A stretch of 64,000 nt of DNA from Eledone cirrhosa (taxonomy: Eukaryota), in NCBI GenBank assembly GCA_964016885.1, contig OZ024741.1:32612001-32676000 (forward strand). The letters are read 5' to 3'. The notes under the pieces were generated by a model that was not told the DNA's origin, did not search any database, and was given only the letters and a program-made list of their open reading frames with translations. A program made the position numbers and the translations under genes. Below, piece after piece: positions 43,232-55,565 of this stretch; the stretch's first letter is position 1; each line of letters starts with the position of its first letter.

Positions 43232-43413
43232 ATTGGATTGGTAGTATCGGTAGAGGGTCGGACGCTATGCTTTCCAGCATAGTTACGTCCCTTTACGATC
43301 TGAGTTCAAATCCCGCCGAGGTTGACTTTGCCTTTCATCCTTACGGGGTCGATAAAATAAAGTACCAGTAAGGCACTGGGTAATTGCTGGCTTTGTGCCT
43401 AAAGTAGAAACAG
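43232..43413 (+). mobile_element. Octopus-type SINE copy
   Basis: Nearly identical to 22947-23112. Confidence 0.85.
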
Positions 43414-43469
<56 letters not shown>

Positions 43470-43471
<2 letters not shown>

Positions 43472-43714
43472 AGTAAGGTTGCTTCGAAGCGTCCACAGGT
43501 GGTATGCCGGTTGAGCACTCTATGCTCATTTGGAGCAGAGTATGATAATATGGAAAACGAAGAATCAGCGATGCATCGAAACACAATTTATTAACGTATT
43601 ACAATTGTTTCTCCGGTGAACAGCTCGAGGTGCGATCTGTTTGTAGATCTCGAACCTGACTCTGGATTTGCAAGTTCCTCAGATACGTCTAGTGATTTCG
43701 AAGCAAATCCACTT

Positions 43715-43718
<4 letters not shown>
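43470..43718 (-). mobile_element. (TA)n-flanked mini-element, same family as 63142-63515
   Basis: Shares GTTGAGCACTCTATG, AATCAG(C/T)GATGCATC, ACAATTGTTTC and CAGCTCGAG blocks with the 63 kb element. Confidence 0.8.
43594..43688 (-). ncRNA. Type I hammerhead with expanded (64-nt) stem II domain
   Basis: Minus strand ACGTAT-CTGAGGA-[64 nt]-GAAA-CAATTG-TA^ATACGT: 6-bp perfect stem I, palindromic stem III, GUA triplet. Confidence 0.75.
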
Positions 43719-43772
<54 letters not shown>

Positions 43773-43806
43773 AGATTTGAATGAATACAGTTTAGTTGAA
43801 AGGAAT

Positions 43807-43926
43807 TTATTGACACGTGTTTCTATAACAGTTACATAACCTGAAACACCTGCTATCTACAAAGTATTAGTTATGCAGACATTCAATATTTCAATGTTAT
43901 TATTTACTGTCATTTCATCAGAATAA
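43807..43926 (-). ncRNA. Expanded-stem-II hammerhead in pLTR (copy 1; another at ~47350-47469)
   Basis: Reverse complement of 50290-50409. Confidence 0.72.
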
Positions 43927-44479
43927 TATTACTGAGGACCTGTTTGATTTTTATAGAGAATATTAAGAGGGAGGGGTGAAGTTGTTAGAAGAATAGTTGA
44001 GGGAATGGTTTTTTGATAGCAGTGAGAATGTTTGGTGGCAGTGAGTAATTAGATTCCCATCTGTTGTTTTGACATTTTTATACAATATATTATTGGTTAT
44101 TTTTCTAAATCTATAGAGAGATTAGAGATAGTAAAGATATGCGTGGCTGGTTTTGTGTTTGCACTTAATTAACATTCAGACTTAAATTTTTCTTTCAAGT
44201 GTACGTATCCTTTCACCCACGCATTCACACACAAACATATTTGCACACCTCTACAAAATACATATACTCACATTCATATAGTAACATGTTCATACTTACA
44301 TACATATACACATGCATATATATATATATACACACATGTATTCATGTACATACATAGGCGTTCATGTGTATACATTTTCATACTCAACTTATCTTTATAT
44401 ACACACGTATAGACACACACATATATACATACATACTCTAGTCTATGTGTATATATATATACATATACATATATATCTA

Positions 44480-44547
<68 letters not shown>

Positions 44548-44823
44548 CACTTTAATACATGAATACACTTACATCTAACTATACACATCAAACATATATA
44601 TATATTTACTTATTTATATACATTTTCACATATATATACATACTTATGGTCGCTTTTAGACACATTCATTATCGCATTTTTGCACCTATTCTCATCAGCA
44701 TATCTTTCCATTATTAGTGTTGTTATTTGAGGTTATTAATATACATATATATGTTGAGAAGAAATTGTTTTTATATTTTTCTAACTAGATTGAGGTTTAT
44801 ATAGTTGGGGGGATGTCCCTCTT

Positions 44824-47145
44824 TTATGTAATATTCGGCTTATAGTGGAAAAAAAGGGTTTTAGTTCGGTGACGGCAGAATAATGTTCGTTCAAATCTGT
44901 TATTCAGCAATTTCTTCTTGTGTGTGATTATGTAATAAATCTCAAGATTACACAATTTGCAGAAATTTTGGCTCCTGGAAAAGCTTTGGGTTTTAGCTAA
45001 TTTCTCCCATTTTAGGGTAAACTTTTGATCGCTATCCCTGAGCGTCCAAGCTATTTCTGCTAAAGTTGTTACATTTCTTTGGCTCTGGTGTTTTATTGAG
45101 TATGAATGCCTATATAATCGAGATTTAAACGATGTTGCCGTTGATCCCACGTAATACCACTCGTTGCCTCCGGATTTAATGGTACACTTATAAATAATAT
45201 TTTTTTCCAGGCAGTTATTGCCGAGGGGGCAGTTGTCAGGATAGGTGCAGTTACAGTTGTGTACGTTGGGTTTTCTCTGGAGTAGTATTGCGGACGAACT
45301 TAGGTGTGGTTTATTTATGTTCTGTAGTGTATTGTCTACTGTTTTTTTTGTGTTCTTTGTACTTAAGTTTTTAGTGTTATCGTTTAACCTTCTAGTATTG
45401 ATCTTTTTTATGTGTTGTTCAAGGTTTAACGCTGTAGAGTATGACAGTCTTATAGTGGTAGGGTTTAGGATGTTGTGGTATTTGTGTGATGTAGGAAAAT
45501 GTCTCTTAATTATTTTAAAGAAGAGTACTGGTAAATGTGTACTAATGGAACTATTGTATTCGGGGTTATACCATAAGTACTCTTTGCATCGCTTTCTATT
45601 AGTTTTGTTTGTTGGTTTAGTGGTGTGCATACTATGGTAGTAAGTGTGGTTTGGTGTTGTGTTATTATATCTACCTATGTGGGATTTATTTGGGGTGTTT
45701 TGATTGTTCCCATCTATATACTCTATTTTGTTGAGGTGGCCTGCTTTACTAAGGGCGTTATCGTAGTACTCGGCGTCTTCCTTAAATACTTGTATGTTAG
45801 AAGATAGACCCGAGATTCTAAGGGAAATAATTTTAGGGATAGATTTAATTATAGAGATGGGGTGGTTAGACCCAACATTTACGTATTTGAGATTTTCATT
45901 CAATTTATGAAACGGTTTAATCAGACCAGAGTTTAAATTGAGTCTGACATCCAGGAAGTTAACTATTTTAAGGTTGTATTCATATGTTATAGTTAGTCCT
46001 ATTTCGAGTAGTTGTTTTCTCGTATCTTTGCGTAATTTTTCTAGTTTTTGGTTATTTAGGTTTTTAACTAGGAGGAGAACATCGTCGCAGTATATTCCGC
46101 CGTGGAGATTGCTGAATTTTTCCTGGAGTCTAAAGGCGATAAATAACCCCACAATATCAGTTATTTCCGCCGAATCGTTAGAGCCCATTGTTATGTCAAA
46201 GTTAGAGGGTCTATCTTTACGTACCCAATAACTGTTCTCAAATTTGACTATAGTTTTCCTAACTTCTAATATAATCTTAATTTCATCGTTTGTAAGGTCA
46301 GAGTTATCCTTAGCAAACGTAATGGCTCTATTCAAAGTTTCAGGTGATATCGATGATTAATATTCATCGATATCAAACTGGATAAACTTAGATTTGTTCT
46401 TATTGCTAATGCTATTATACTATCTTATTGCTTCTTGGGTCTTCCCCCAGAGTTTAATGTTAACCTTAGCCTTAATTTGGGGGATGATTCTATCTAAGAT
46501 ATATTTGCTTATTTTACCTATATCTGATTTAGAGGGTCAGATTAATCTAATTTTAGGGTCATTATCAAAGTTTACCTTATGGTCCTTAAGATTGAAGGTG
46601 GGTACCGCCGGTAAGAGTGGTCGTGTCCTATCTTCGATTCCGAGATTTTTCACTATTTCGCATACCTCATCATTGATGTGCTTAAGAGTTACTTCATTCG
46701 TTTTTCTATATTTTTTATGTAATTCTTTTCGATTGAAGTTGTTGTATGTAGTGAAATCCATAGTATACAGGTTTGATGTTTTGTCAGCTTTTACTACAAT
46801 TCCTTTGGTGTTTTTAAGGTCGTCCAGTAGTTTTTTAATATCTTTCTGTAATTTGTTGTTGGTGTTACGTCCTTTGAATTTTATTTTAAGGAATAAGTTC
46901 ATAAGGTCCTGCTCAAATGCATCTAATAGTGGGTTGGTGGGTGGGTTTTTACACGTTCTAAAACCGAATTTGTTGTTTACACCACTTTCTAATGGTGAGT
47001 TCATACGGTTTCTATCATAGTGGAACGTTTTCCCCCTGCCACGTCGAATGAATTCATTAGTTTTTTTAATCATACTCAATAAGTATTCCTTTTTACCTTG
47101 GGTTGGTATGTTTTTGAGTGACATATCCAGGTAGTGTTTTTCCAT
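44824..47145 (-). pseudogene. PLE polyprotein (RT + C-terminal GIY-YIG endonuclease), 773 codons, three in-frame stops
   Basis: Single frame from MEKHYLDMSLKNIP; motifs VKADKTSNLY, QFDIDEY, MGS, YCDD (YRDD in the twin), FLDV, CNCTYPDNC linker, IIYKC...YYVGST...FKSRLYRH; stops TGA 46537-39, TAG 46420-22, TAA 46357-59. Confidence 0.92.
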
Positions 47146-47596
47146 TGTTGTGGTTGCGTTTGCTGTGTGTGTTGCTCGACTTTACAGGAGGTAAATATAC
47201 AGTATTTTCCGTTGTGTTGTAATATAAATATTACACACAGTAGATTGACAGCTCACGTAGAGTTTTCTCGACGGTTCCAGTTGTAATTGCAAAAGTAATC
47301 CGGAGAAAAATAGAAAGATTTGAATGGATACAGTTTAGTTGAAAGGAATTCATTGACACGTGTTTCTATAACAGTTACATAACCTGAAACAGCTGCTATC
47401 TACAAAGTATTAGTTATGCAGACATTCAATATTTCAATGTTATTATTTACTGTCATTTCATCAGAATAATATTACTGAGGACCTGTTTGGTTTTTATAGA
47501 GAATATTAGGAGGGAGGGGTGAAGTTGTTAGAAGAATAGTTGAGGGAATGGTTTTTTGATAGCAGTGAGAATGTTTGGTGGCAGTGAGTAATTAGA

Positions 47597-49436
47597 TGCG
47601 AAATAGTGAAAAATCTCGGAATCGAAGATAGGACACGACCTCTCTTACCGGCGGTACCCACCTTCAATCTTAAGGACCATAAGGTAAACTTTGATAATGA
47701 CCCTAAAATTAGATTAATCTGCCCCTCTAAATCAGATATAGGTAAAATAAGCAAATATATCTTAGATAGAATCATCCCCCAAATTAAGGCCAAGGTTAAC
47801 ATTAAACTCTGGGGGAAGACCCAAGAAGCAATAAGATGGTTTAATAACATTAGTAATAAGAATAAATCTAAGTTTATCCAGTTTGATATCGATGAATATT
47901 ACTCATCGATATCACCTGAAACTTTGAATAGAGCCATTAAGCTTGCTAAGGATAACTCTGACCTTACAAACGATGAAATTAAGATTATATTATAAGCTAG
48001 GAAAACTATAGTCAAATTTGAGAACAGTTATTGGGTACGTAAAGATAGACTCTCTAACATTGACATAACAATGGGCTCTAACGATTCGGCGGAAATAACT
48101 GATATTGTGGGGTTATTCATCGCCTTTAGACTCCAGGAAAAATTCAGCAATCTCTACGGCGGAATATACCGCGACGATGTCCTCCTCCTAGTTAAAAACC
48201 TAAATAACCAAAAACTAGAAAAATTACGCAAAGATACGAGAAAACAACTACTCGAAATAGGACTAACTATAACATATGAATACAACCTTAAAGTAGTTAA
48301 CTTCCTGGATGTCAGACTCAATTTAAACTCTGGTCTGATTAAACCGTTTCATAAATTGAATGAAAATCTCAAATACGTAAATGTTGGGTCTAACCACCCC
48401 ATCTCTATAATTAAATATATCCCTAAAATTATTTCCCTTAGAATCTCGGGTCTATCTTCTAACATACAAGTATTTAAGGAAGACGCCGATTACTACGATA
48501 ACGCCCTTAGTAAAGCAGGCCACCTCAACAAAATAGAGTATATAGATGGGAACAATCAAAACACCCCAAATAAATCCCACATAGGTAGATATAATAACAC
48601 AACACCAAACCACACTTACTACCATAGTATGCACACCACTAAACCAACAAACAAAACTAATAGAAAGCGATGCAAAGAGTACTTATGGTATAACCCCGAA
48701 TACAATAGTTCCATTAGTACACATTTACCAGTACTCTTCTTTAAAATAATTAAGAGACATTTTCCTACATCACACAAATACCACAAAATCCTAAACCCTA
48801 CCACTATAAGACTGTCATACTCTACAGCGTTAAACCTTGAACAACACATAAAAAAGATCAATACTAGAAGGTTAAACGATAACACTAAAAACTTAAGTAC
48901 AAAGAACACAAAAAAAACAGTAGACAATACACTACAGAACATAAATAAACCACACCTAAGTTCGTCCGCAATACTACTCCAGAGAAAACCCAACGTACAC
49001 AACTGTAACTGCACCTATCCTGACAACTGCCCCCTCGGCAATAACTGCCTGGAAAAAAATATTATTTATAAGTGTACCATTAAATCCGGAGGCAACGAGT
49101 GGTATTACGTGGGATCAACGGCAACATCGTTTAAATCTCGATTATATAGGCATTCTTACTCAATAAAACACCAGAGCCAAAGAAATGTAACAACTTTAGC
49201 AGAAAAAGCTTGGACGCTCAGGGATAGCGATCAAAAGTTTACCCTAAAATGGGAGAAATTAGCTAAAACCCAAAGCTTTTCCAGGAGCCAAAATTTCTGC
49301 AAATTGTGTAATCTTGAGATTTATTACATAATCACACACAAGAAGAAATTGCTGAATAACAGAATTGAACGAACATTATTCTGCCGTCACCGAACTAAAA
49401 CCCTTTTTTTTCCACTATAAGCCGAATATTACATAA
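47597..49436 (+). pseudogene. 5'-truncated inverted copy of the PLE RT-EN ORF
   Basis: ORFs 47606-47995 and 48071-49420 are in one frame, split by TAA at 47993; intact YRDD; extra T near 49410 alters the C-terminus (LFFPL vs LFFHYKPNIT). Confidence 0.92.
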
Positions 49437-50289
49437 AAGAGGGACATCCCCCCAACTATATAAACCTCAGTCTAGTTAGAAAAATATAAAAACAATTTCT
49501 TCTCAACATATATATGTATATTAATAACCTCAAATTACCACACTAATAATGGAAAGATATGCTGATGAGAATAGGTGCAAAAATGCGATAATGAATGTGT
49601 CTAAAAGCGACCATAAGTATGTATATATATGTGAAAATGTATATAAATAAGTAAATATATATATATGTTTGATGTGTATAGTTAGATGTAAGTGTATTCA
49701 TGTATTAAAGTGCTTATATATATATATATATATATATATAGATATATATGTATATGTATATATATACACATAGACTAGAGTATGTATGTATATATGTGTG
49801 TGTCTATACGTGTGTATATAAAGATAAGTTGAGTATGAAAATGTATACACATGAACGCGTATGTATGTACATGAATACATGTGTGTATATATATATGTAT
49901 GCATGTGTATATGTACGTAAGTATGAACATGTTACTATGTGAATTTGAGTATATGTATTTTGTAGAGGTGTGCAAATATGTTTGTGTGTGAATGCGTGGG
50001 TGAAAGGATACGTACACTTGAAAGAAAAATTTAAGTCTGAATGTAAATTATGTGCAAACACAAAACCAGCCACGCATATCTTTACTATCTCTAATCCCTC
50101 TATAGATTTAGAAAAATAACCAATAATATATTCTATAAAAATGTCAAAACAACAGATGGGAATCTAATTACTCACTGCCACCAACAATTCTCACTGCTAT
50201 CAAAAAACCATTCCCTCAACTATTCTTCTAACAACTTCACCCCTCCCTCCAAATATTCTCTATAAAAACCAAACAGGTCCTCAGTAATA

Positions 50290-50409
50290 TTATTCTGATG
50301 AAATGACAGTAAATAATAACATTGAAATATTGAATGTCTGCATAACTAATTCTTTGTAGATAGCAGCTGTTTCAGGTTATGTAACTGTTATAGAAACACG
50401 TGTCAATAA
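50290..50409 (+). ncRNA. Type I hammerhead with 73-nt structured loop II
   Basis: TTATT-CTGATGA(50295)-A-ATGACAGT-[73 nt]-ACTGTTAT-A-GAAA(50393)-CACGTG-TC^AATAA: stem I 5 bp, stem II 8 bp, palindromic stem III, GUC triplet. Confidence 0.78.
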
Positions 50410-50555
50410 ATTCCTTTCAACTAAACTGTATCCATTCAAATCTTTCTATTTTTTCCGGATTACTTTTGGAATTACAACTGGAACCGTCGAGCAAACTCTA
50501 CGTGAGCTGTCAATCTACTGTGTGTAATATTTATATTACAACACAACGGAAAATA

Positions 50556-50650
<95 letters not shown>

Positions 50651-51749
50651 CCGAGGTAAATCGGGGTTAACCACAGTAAATATGCCATTTCTATATTACA
50701 TTTCGTTATATATAATTTTATCGCGCAATTATATTCAGAAACATAATAGTAGTAGACGTATACCAGAAACTTAAACCAACCAAAACTCATCATATACATT
50801 TTCTCAGCCATAAATCACAGCTTTGAAAATAATTACTTAACGTCCTCCTCCATATATTTCATGCCTAATCAACAATCCATGAAACCTATAACCGAAAACG
50901 AAATCTAAACCAAATTGCAGCATTTCAAAGATGTACAATAACGAAATAAAAACCAACCCACTATACTGGCATTAAGAGGACAATCTCTATGAGACTAAAA
51001 CCTCCCGCTATATGTGTATGAATGTGTGCGTGTAAGTGTGTGCATGTGTGTACATATGTGGGTGTAGTTAAATTTGAAAGCCAAATAATGCAAGATTTTT
51101 TTTCAAAAAGAAATTAACAATGATCAGAAAGAAGACCTGGCATAGTGGAGGGCTGGAATAAAAAAAATGATTATGTGAATGGTCAAAGCCAACTGAGAAA
51201 GTTAAAGTGTTAGCAGCATTAGAAGCAGCAGCATGTCGAAGTGTTCCGTTACTCGGACAAGTCAATAGATTAAGGAGGTGATTACAACAATCTGTTGCAT
51301 AACCCAAATTCCAAATATTACTTCGAATTCATCTTGCTTGATATGACTGTTGTTATAAATCTGTTTAAATCTTCATTTGAAGCAGGTCTTTAAAGTAATC
51401 TCATATAAAGTGCTAAATCCCAGGTACATACATCCAGATAATGCTGGTGTAATGTTTGTCAATGTCTTTCTTCAAACCATTGATTTTGTCATGACGCTAA
51501 ATCGAAAATTTCTCGCATTGTTCTGCGTTGAAATCAGTTAAAATTTCATTGAATACAGTGCGACAATTTCACCTCAATCGATATGTTCTACGCATACATG
51601 AAACAATACACAAAAACACATATAAACATTATATACAAAAGTGTATATGTGCATGTCAATGTGTATTAGATACACGCATATAAATGTATACCTGCGTGAA
51701 TTAAGGCGTATTGGGACAATATGAATGTGTGTCGCTATATAAACGTCCA

Positions 51750-51912
51750 TAATAATTGTTTCTACTTTTGGTACAAGGCCAGCAATTACCCAGTACATTA
51801 CTGGTACTTTATTTTATCGACCCCGTAAGGATGAAAGGCAAAGTTAATCTCGGCAAGATTTGAACTCAGACCGTAAAGGGACGTAACTATGCTGGAAAGC
51901 ATGGCATCCAAC
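51750..51912 (-). mobile_element. Octopus-type SINE copy
   Basis: Reverse complement of the 22947 family. Confidence 0.85.
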
Positions 51913-52121
51913 TCTATTCATTCATTATAAGTATTAGTTACCCCAGAGTCAGAATTAGGTGGAAGCACTACTCCGCAACTAATAGCACCCGTATCTTTCG
52001 GATACCAGGCAAGTAGGTTAATCCCTATGCAAAATCACGCTGGCCACCAATTCCAAAGTGAGTTTTCACACACATATAAATCTATATAGCTGTATATATA
52101 TTTCTTCTAAGTTATTGCCGC

Positions 52122-52165
<44 letters not shown>

Positions 52166-52167
52166 TA

Positions 52168-52946
52168 GATATGAATGTATATATAATGTATTTTGCAATA
52201 CACTTTATTCTTAATTAAAAGCATTTTGAAGACCGTATGCTATTGTTTTAGAGTAGTGACAAACTCACTTACTTTAATCTCAGCAAACAGGGGGAGATAA
52301 AGCCGACAAGGCCTTGTTTCTCATTTGTTTATGCTTATCAAGGCTAACTACTCCTTCCTGTCTACTGAGATCACCGATGTTATATTCTTATAGAATTCTA
52401 GTAAATAATCAGGGACTGATCATACAGAGCGGGTGCCGGTCAGGCAGAAATTAAAAATTAGAATTGGACTTCTGATATAGCTCTGAAATAGTTTGTCACT
52501 ACTCTAAAACAATAGCATGCGGTCTTCAAAATGCTTTTAATTAAGCATAAAGTGTATTGCAAAATACATTATATATACATTCATATATATATTGCTATTT
52601 CAGAGGTCCAATTCTAATTTTTAATTTCTGCCTGACCGGCAACCGCTCTGTATAATCAGTCCCTGATTATTTACTAGAATTCTATAAGAATATAACATCA
52701 GTGATCTCAGTAGACAGGAGGGAGTAGTTAGCCTTGATAAGTATCAAAAAATTCGAAACAAGGCCTTGTCGGCTTTATCTCCCCCTGTTTGCTGAGAATA
52801 AAGTAAGTGAGTTTGTCACTACTCTAAAACGGTCTTCAAAATACTTTTAAAATACGGTCTTCAAAATGCTTTTAATTAAGCATAAAGTGTATTGCAAAAT
52901 ACATTATATATACATTCATATATTTATTGCTATTTCAGAGCTCCAA

Positions 52947-52951
<5 letters not shown>
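52168..52951. mobile_element. Retrozyme-like element: ~320-bp HHR unit, one inverted copy plus ~1.4 tandem copies, in (TA)n
   Basis: GTTTGTCACTACTCTAAAAC at 52491 and 52811; GCTATTTCAGAG at 52594 and 52929; 52168-52480 is the reverse complement of the unit. Confidence 0.8.
52730..52774 (+). ncRNA. Hammerhead with U3-A8 core (mirror at 52301-52345, minus strand)
   Basis: AGCC-TTGATAA-GTAT...ATTC-GAAA-CAAGGCCTTG-TC^GGCT; mirror has GCAT...ATGA, implying ancestral stem II GCAT/ATGC. Confidence 0.72.
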
Positions 52952-53031
<80 letters not shown>

Positions 53032-53156
53032 CGGCAATAACTTATAAGAAATATCCTTATTGTTTACATATGCATGTACCATTTTCACCTGTATAGGAAC
53101 GAACGTAAACATTATAAAAAATCGATTTAATTTGATGAACTTGGTTTTCTCCATTT

Positions 53157-53203
<47 letters not shown>

Positions 53204-53219
53204 GTCCACTATATTATTG

Positions 53220-53325
53220 GCTTTCTGATGAAGTGTAGTAATTAATTATGTATTGTATATGATTGAACATAAGCAGTCAGTATATGTAGGCAAATGACAA
53301 TAGATACAGAAACATACGTTAAAGC
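53220..53325 (+). ncRNA. Type I hammerhead with 77-nt stem II region
   Basis: GCTTT-CTGATGA(53225)-[77 nt, with TGTA/TACA, TATTGT/ACAATA and GATTG/CAGTC pairings]-GAAA(53309)-CATACG-TT^AAAGC; just downstream of a TA run. Confidence 0.6.
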
Positions 53326-53390
53326 AAATAAATTCTTAATCTTATCACGCCAACGTTTTATTTTTCTTGGTGCAATATTTGCTTATTTTT

Positions 53391-53497
53391 TCTGACCTAT
53401 ATACTGTCTGGACCTATATACTGGACCTATATACTTCTGACCTATATACTGGACCTATATACTTCTGACCTATATACTGTCTGGACCTATATATTGT
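53391..53497. repeat. Minisatellite of 14-19-bp GACCTATATACT units (~7 copies)
   Basis: Directly visible. Confidence 0.85.
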
Positions 53498-54536
53498 CTT
53501 TCCAGGGTTTGATATCTTTGCCATCCTATTCAAAGTATATCTTTAAGTCAAACTCTCTGGTCAGCAGTTTTCTTGTTTAAGCCTTCATTCCTGATAAACA
53601 TAGCACAATAGACAAATATTTATTAATAAACGCTCGGAGATTTTTAGTTCTTGTCTTCAGCAAGACATTTCATAGGGTATTTAGGTACAATGTAAATAAA
53701 GCTAACTAGACTATGAAATAAGTACTAAGTGAATTACATAAAATGATAAAATAGTCTACAATAGATACATCTTTTTTTAAACTAATGATACTCTAGCGAG
53801 TTCAAAAAACAAAGTAGCTACGCCAACTGTTAAATATGTTTCCATTCATATCATATCTACTTTAACAAAATTGTAAATGTAAACAATGATAAATTGATTG
53901 CAAAAGTAGTATTTTAATATTTTCTTTAATATATAGTTACATTATAACTTTAGCAAAGTACCAGTAATACACTGGGATAATTGCTAGCCTTGTGCCTTAA
54001 GAAGAAACAATGATAACTTTAGCATACTTGAATAAATATCTAGAATTTCTAAAATGTTCGATATAGTATCTAATTTAGTCTAACATAAGTGTTAAATAAA
54101 TAGACTAACGGTCCATACTTGTTTTCTTTTTACCTATTTGACCAAACCGGTAACCTCAGTTCAAAAACGCCAACCCCAACTGTAAAACTTTTTTCCTACT
54201 CATAAATTATCTTTTGTGTGGATTTTTTTCCTGGCATAAGATTGCCGACCACCGAACTGAATAGCTTGTCTGGCCGCCTGTATATCAAATAATATCTACA
54301 CTTGCTGTGGATTTTACCTGAAGAGAACGTGTTTTGACTTAATTTATACATAAACCATACATCTTCGAAATACGTATAATAAAATAAATAGGGATGGATT
54401 AAAGTAACTGTCTCTTTTGTTTATTATTACTATAACAATACTCTGGATAACAATACTCTGGATAAGCATCTACCGTTGAGTGCTTATCTAAACCTCTACC
54501 GTTGAGTGCTTATATAAAAGTCAGCTGATTCTAAAT

Positions 54537-54854
54537 CAGGGGCTTGCAACAGGCGGTTGGGGCGCCACAATCTGGTCTGCCGGACCAGTCAGTGTGGCCC
54601 GCGATGACCGTTTTTAATTTTTACCTTGTAGGCTTATTTAGAATTGTTTTCGTAACCGTTATACAATTTCCTGTTAGTTGACCTATACTAAAGGGTTTCA
54701 TTGAGAGGGTTATGTGTGTTATAATTTCCCAGTTTCATGTAATGGAAAGAAGTTGTGGTGAATCTTTAAACAGTGCTTAATAAATATTAATGGCGGTAAT
54801 AGTTGTTTCAATGTTCATAAGTGGCCCGTCAATGGAATATGTTGCACACCCCTG
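54537..54854. mobile_element. hAT-superfamily MITE (318 bp) with 8-bp TSD
   Basis: TIRs CAGGGGCTTGCAAC / GTTGCACACCCCTG, subterminal GTGGCCCG motifs, exact TSD TTCTAAAT at 54529-54536 and 54855-54862. Confidence 0.9.
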
Positions 54855-54899
54855 TTCTAAATCAACTAACTCTTGAACAAATATATATATATGTATATA

Positions 54900-54945
<46 letters not shown>

Positions 54946-54979
54946 TATATATATATATGTGTGTGTGTGTGTGTATATA

Positions 54980-55046
<67 letters not shown>

Positions 55047-55047
55047 G

Positions 55048-55091
<44 letters not shown>

Positions 55092-55504
55092 TACATAATG
55101 TCACCCAGAGCCAATTAAGCTGGTCAATTACTTTCTTACATATTCTAATGAATAAGTCTCCGATGCATAACGTTTGACAGCTGCAGCCAATGATTTATGT
55201 TATGTACCTTACTATGCTGTTAAGAGTAATTTAATTTCTTTTCAAACCACACATATGCGATATCAATCGTTGGACCAATTGAAAGTAATCAATATCCGCG
55301 AGTAAGAACAATGTGTCCCTTTCATATAGATAAACATATATCAATCTCTATAAATTTTGAACAATACAAGATTTATTGAACACTTTTATCGTTTTGTACT
55401 ACAAAACACAATAAAGCTACATATACATATGTGAAAGTGTATATGAATGTATGTATATACGAGTAAATAAATATGTATGTGTATTAATGCTATGTATATA
55501 TATG

Positions 55505-55536
<32 letters not shown>

Positions 55537-55565
55537 TATACAGATATATATATATATATATATAT

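Larger units (their letters stand above)
43769..50562. mobile_element. Composite inverted Penelope-like retroelement (probably Hydra clade) inserted in (TA)n
   Basis: Minus-strand full-length unit 47597->43769 with ~287-bp direct pLTR repeats (43769-44055, 47312-47597), fused to a plus-strand 5'-truncated unit 47596->50562 whose 3' end extends ~113 bp further; TA runs on both sides. Confidence 0.93.

Noticed and set aside
46537-46539. In-frame TGA at a Cys position (TGC in the twin) as possible selenocysteine, as in some Naiad PLEs
   Set aside because: The same copy has TAG and TAA stops within 180 bp, the twin has TGC, the domain order is not Naiad-like and no SECIS was identified; simple decay is more likely.
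45245-49014. Antisense ORFs overlapping the PLE ORFs (e.g. 45245-45640, 46394-47020, 48619-49014)
   Set aside because: Shadow frames of the RT-EN coding strand with no recognisable motifs.
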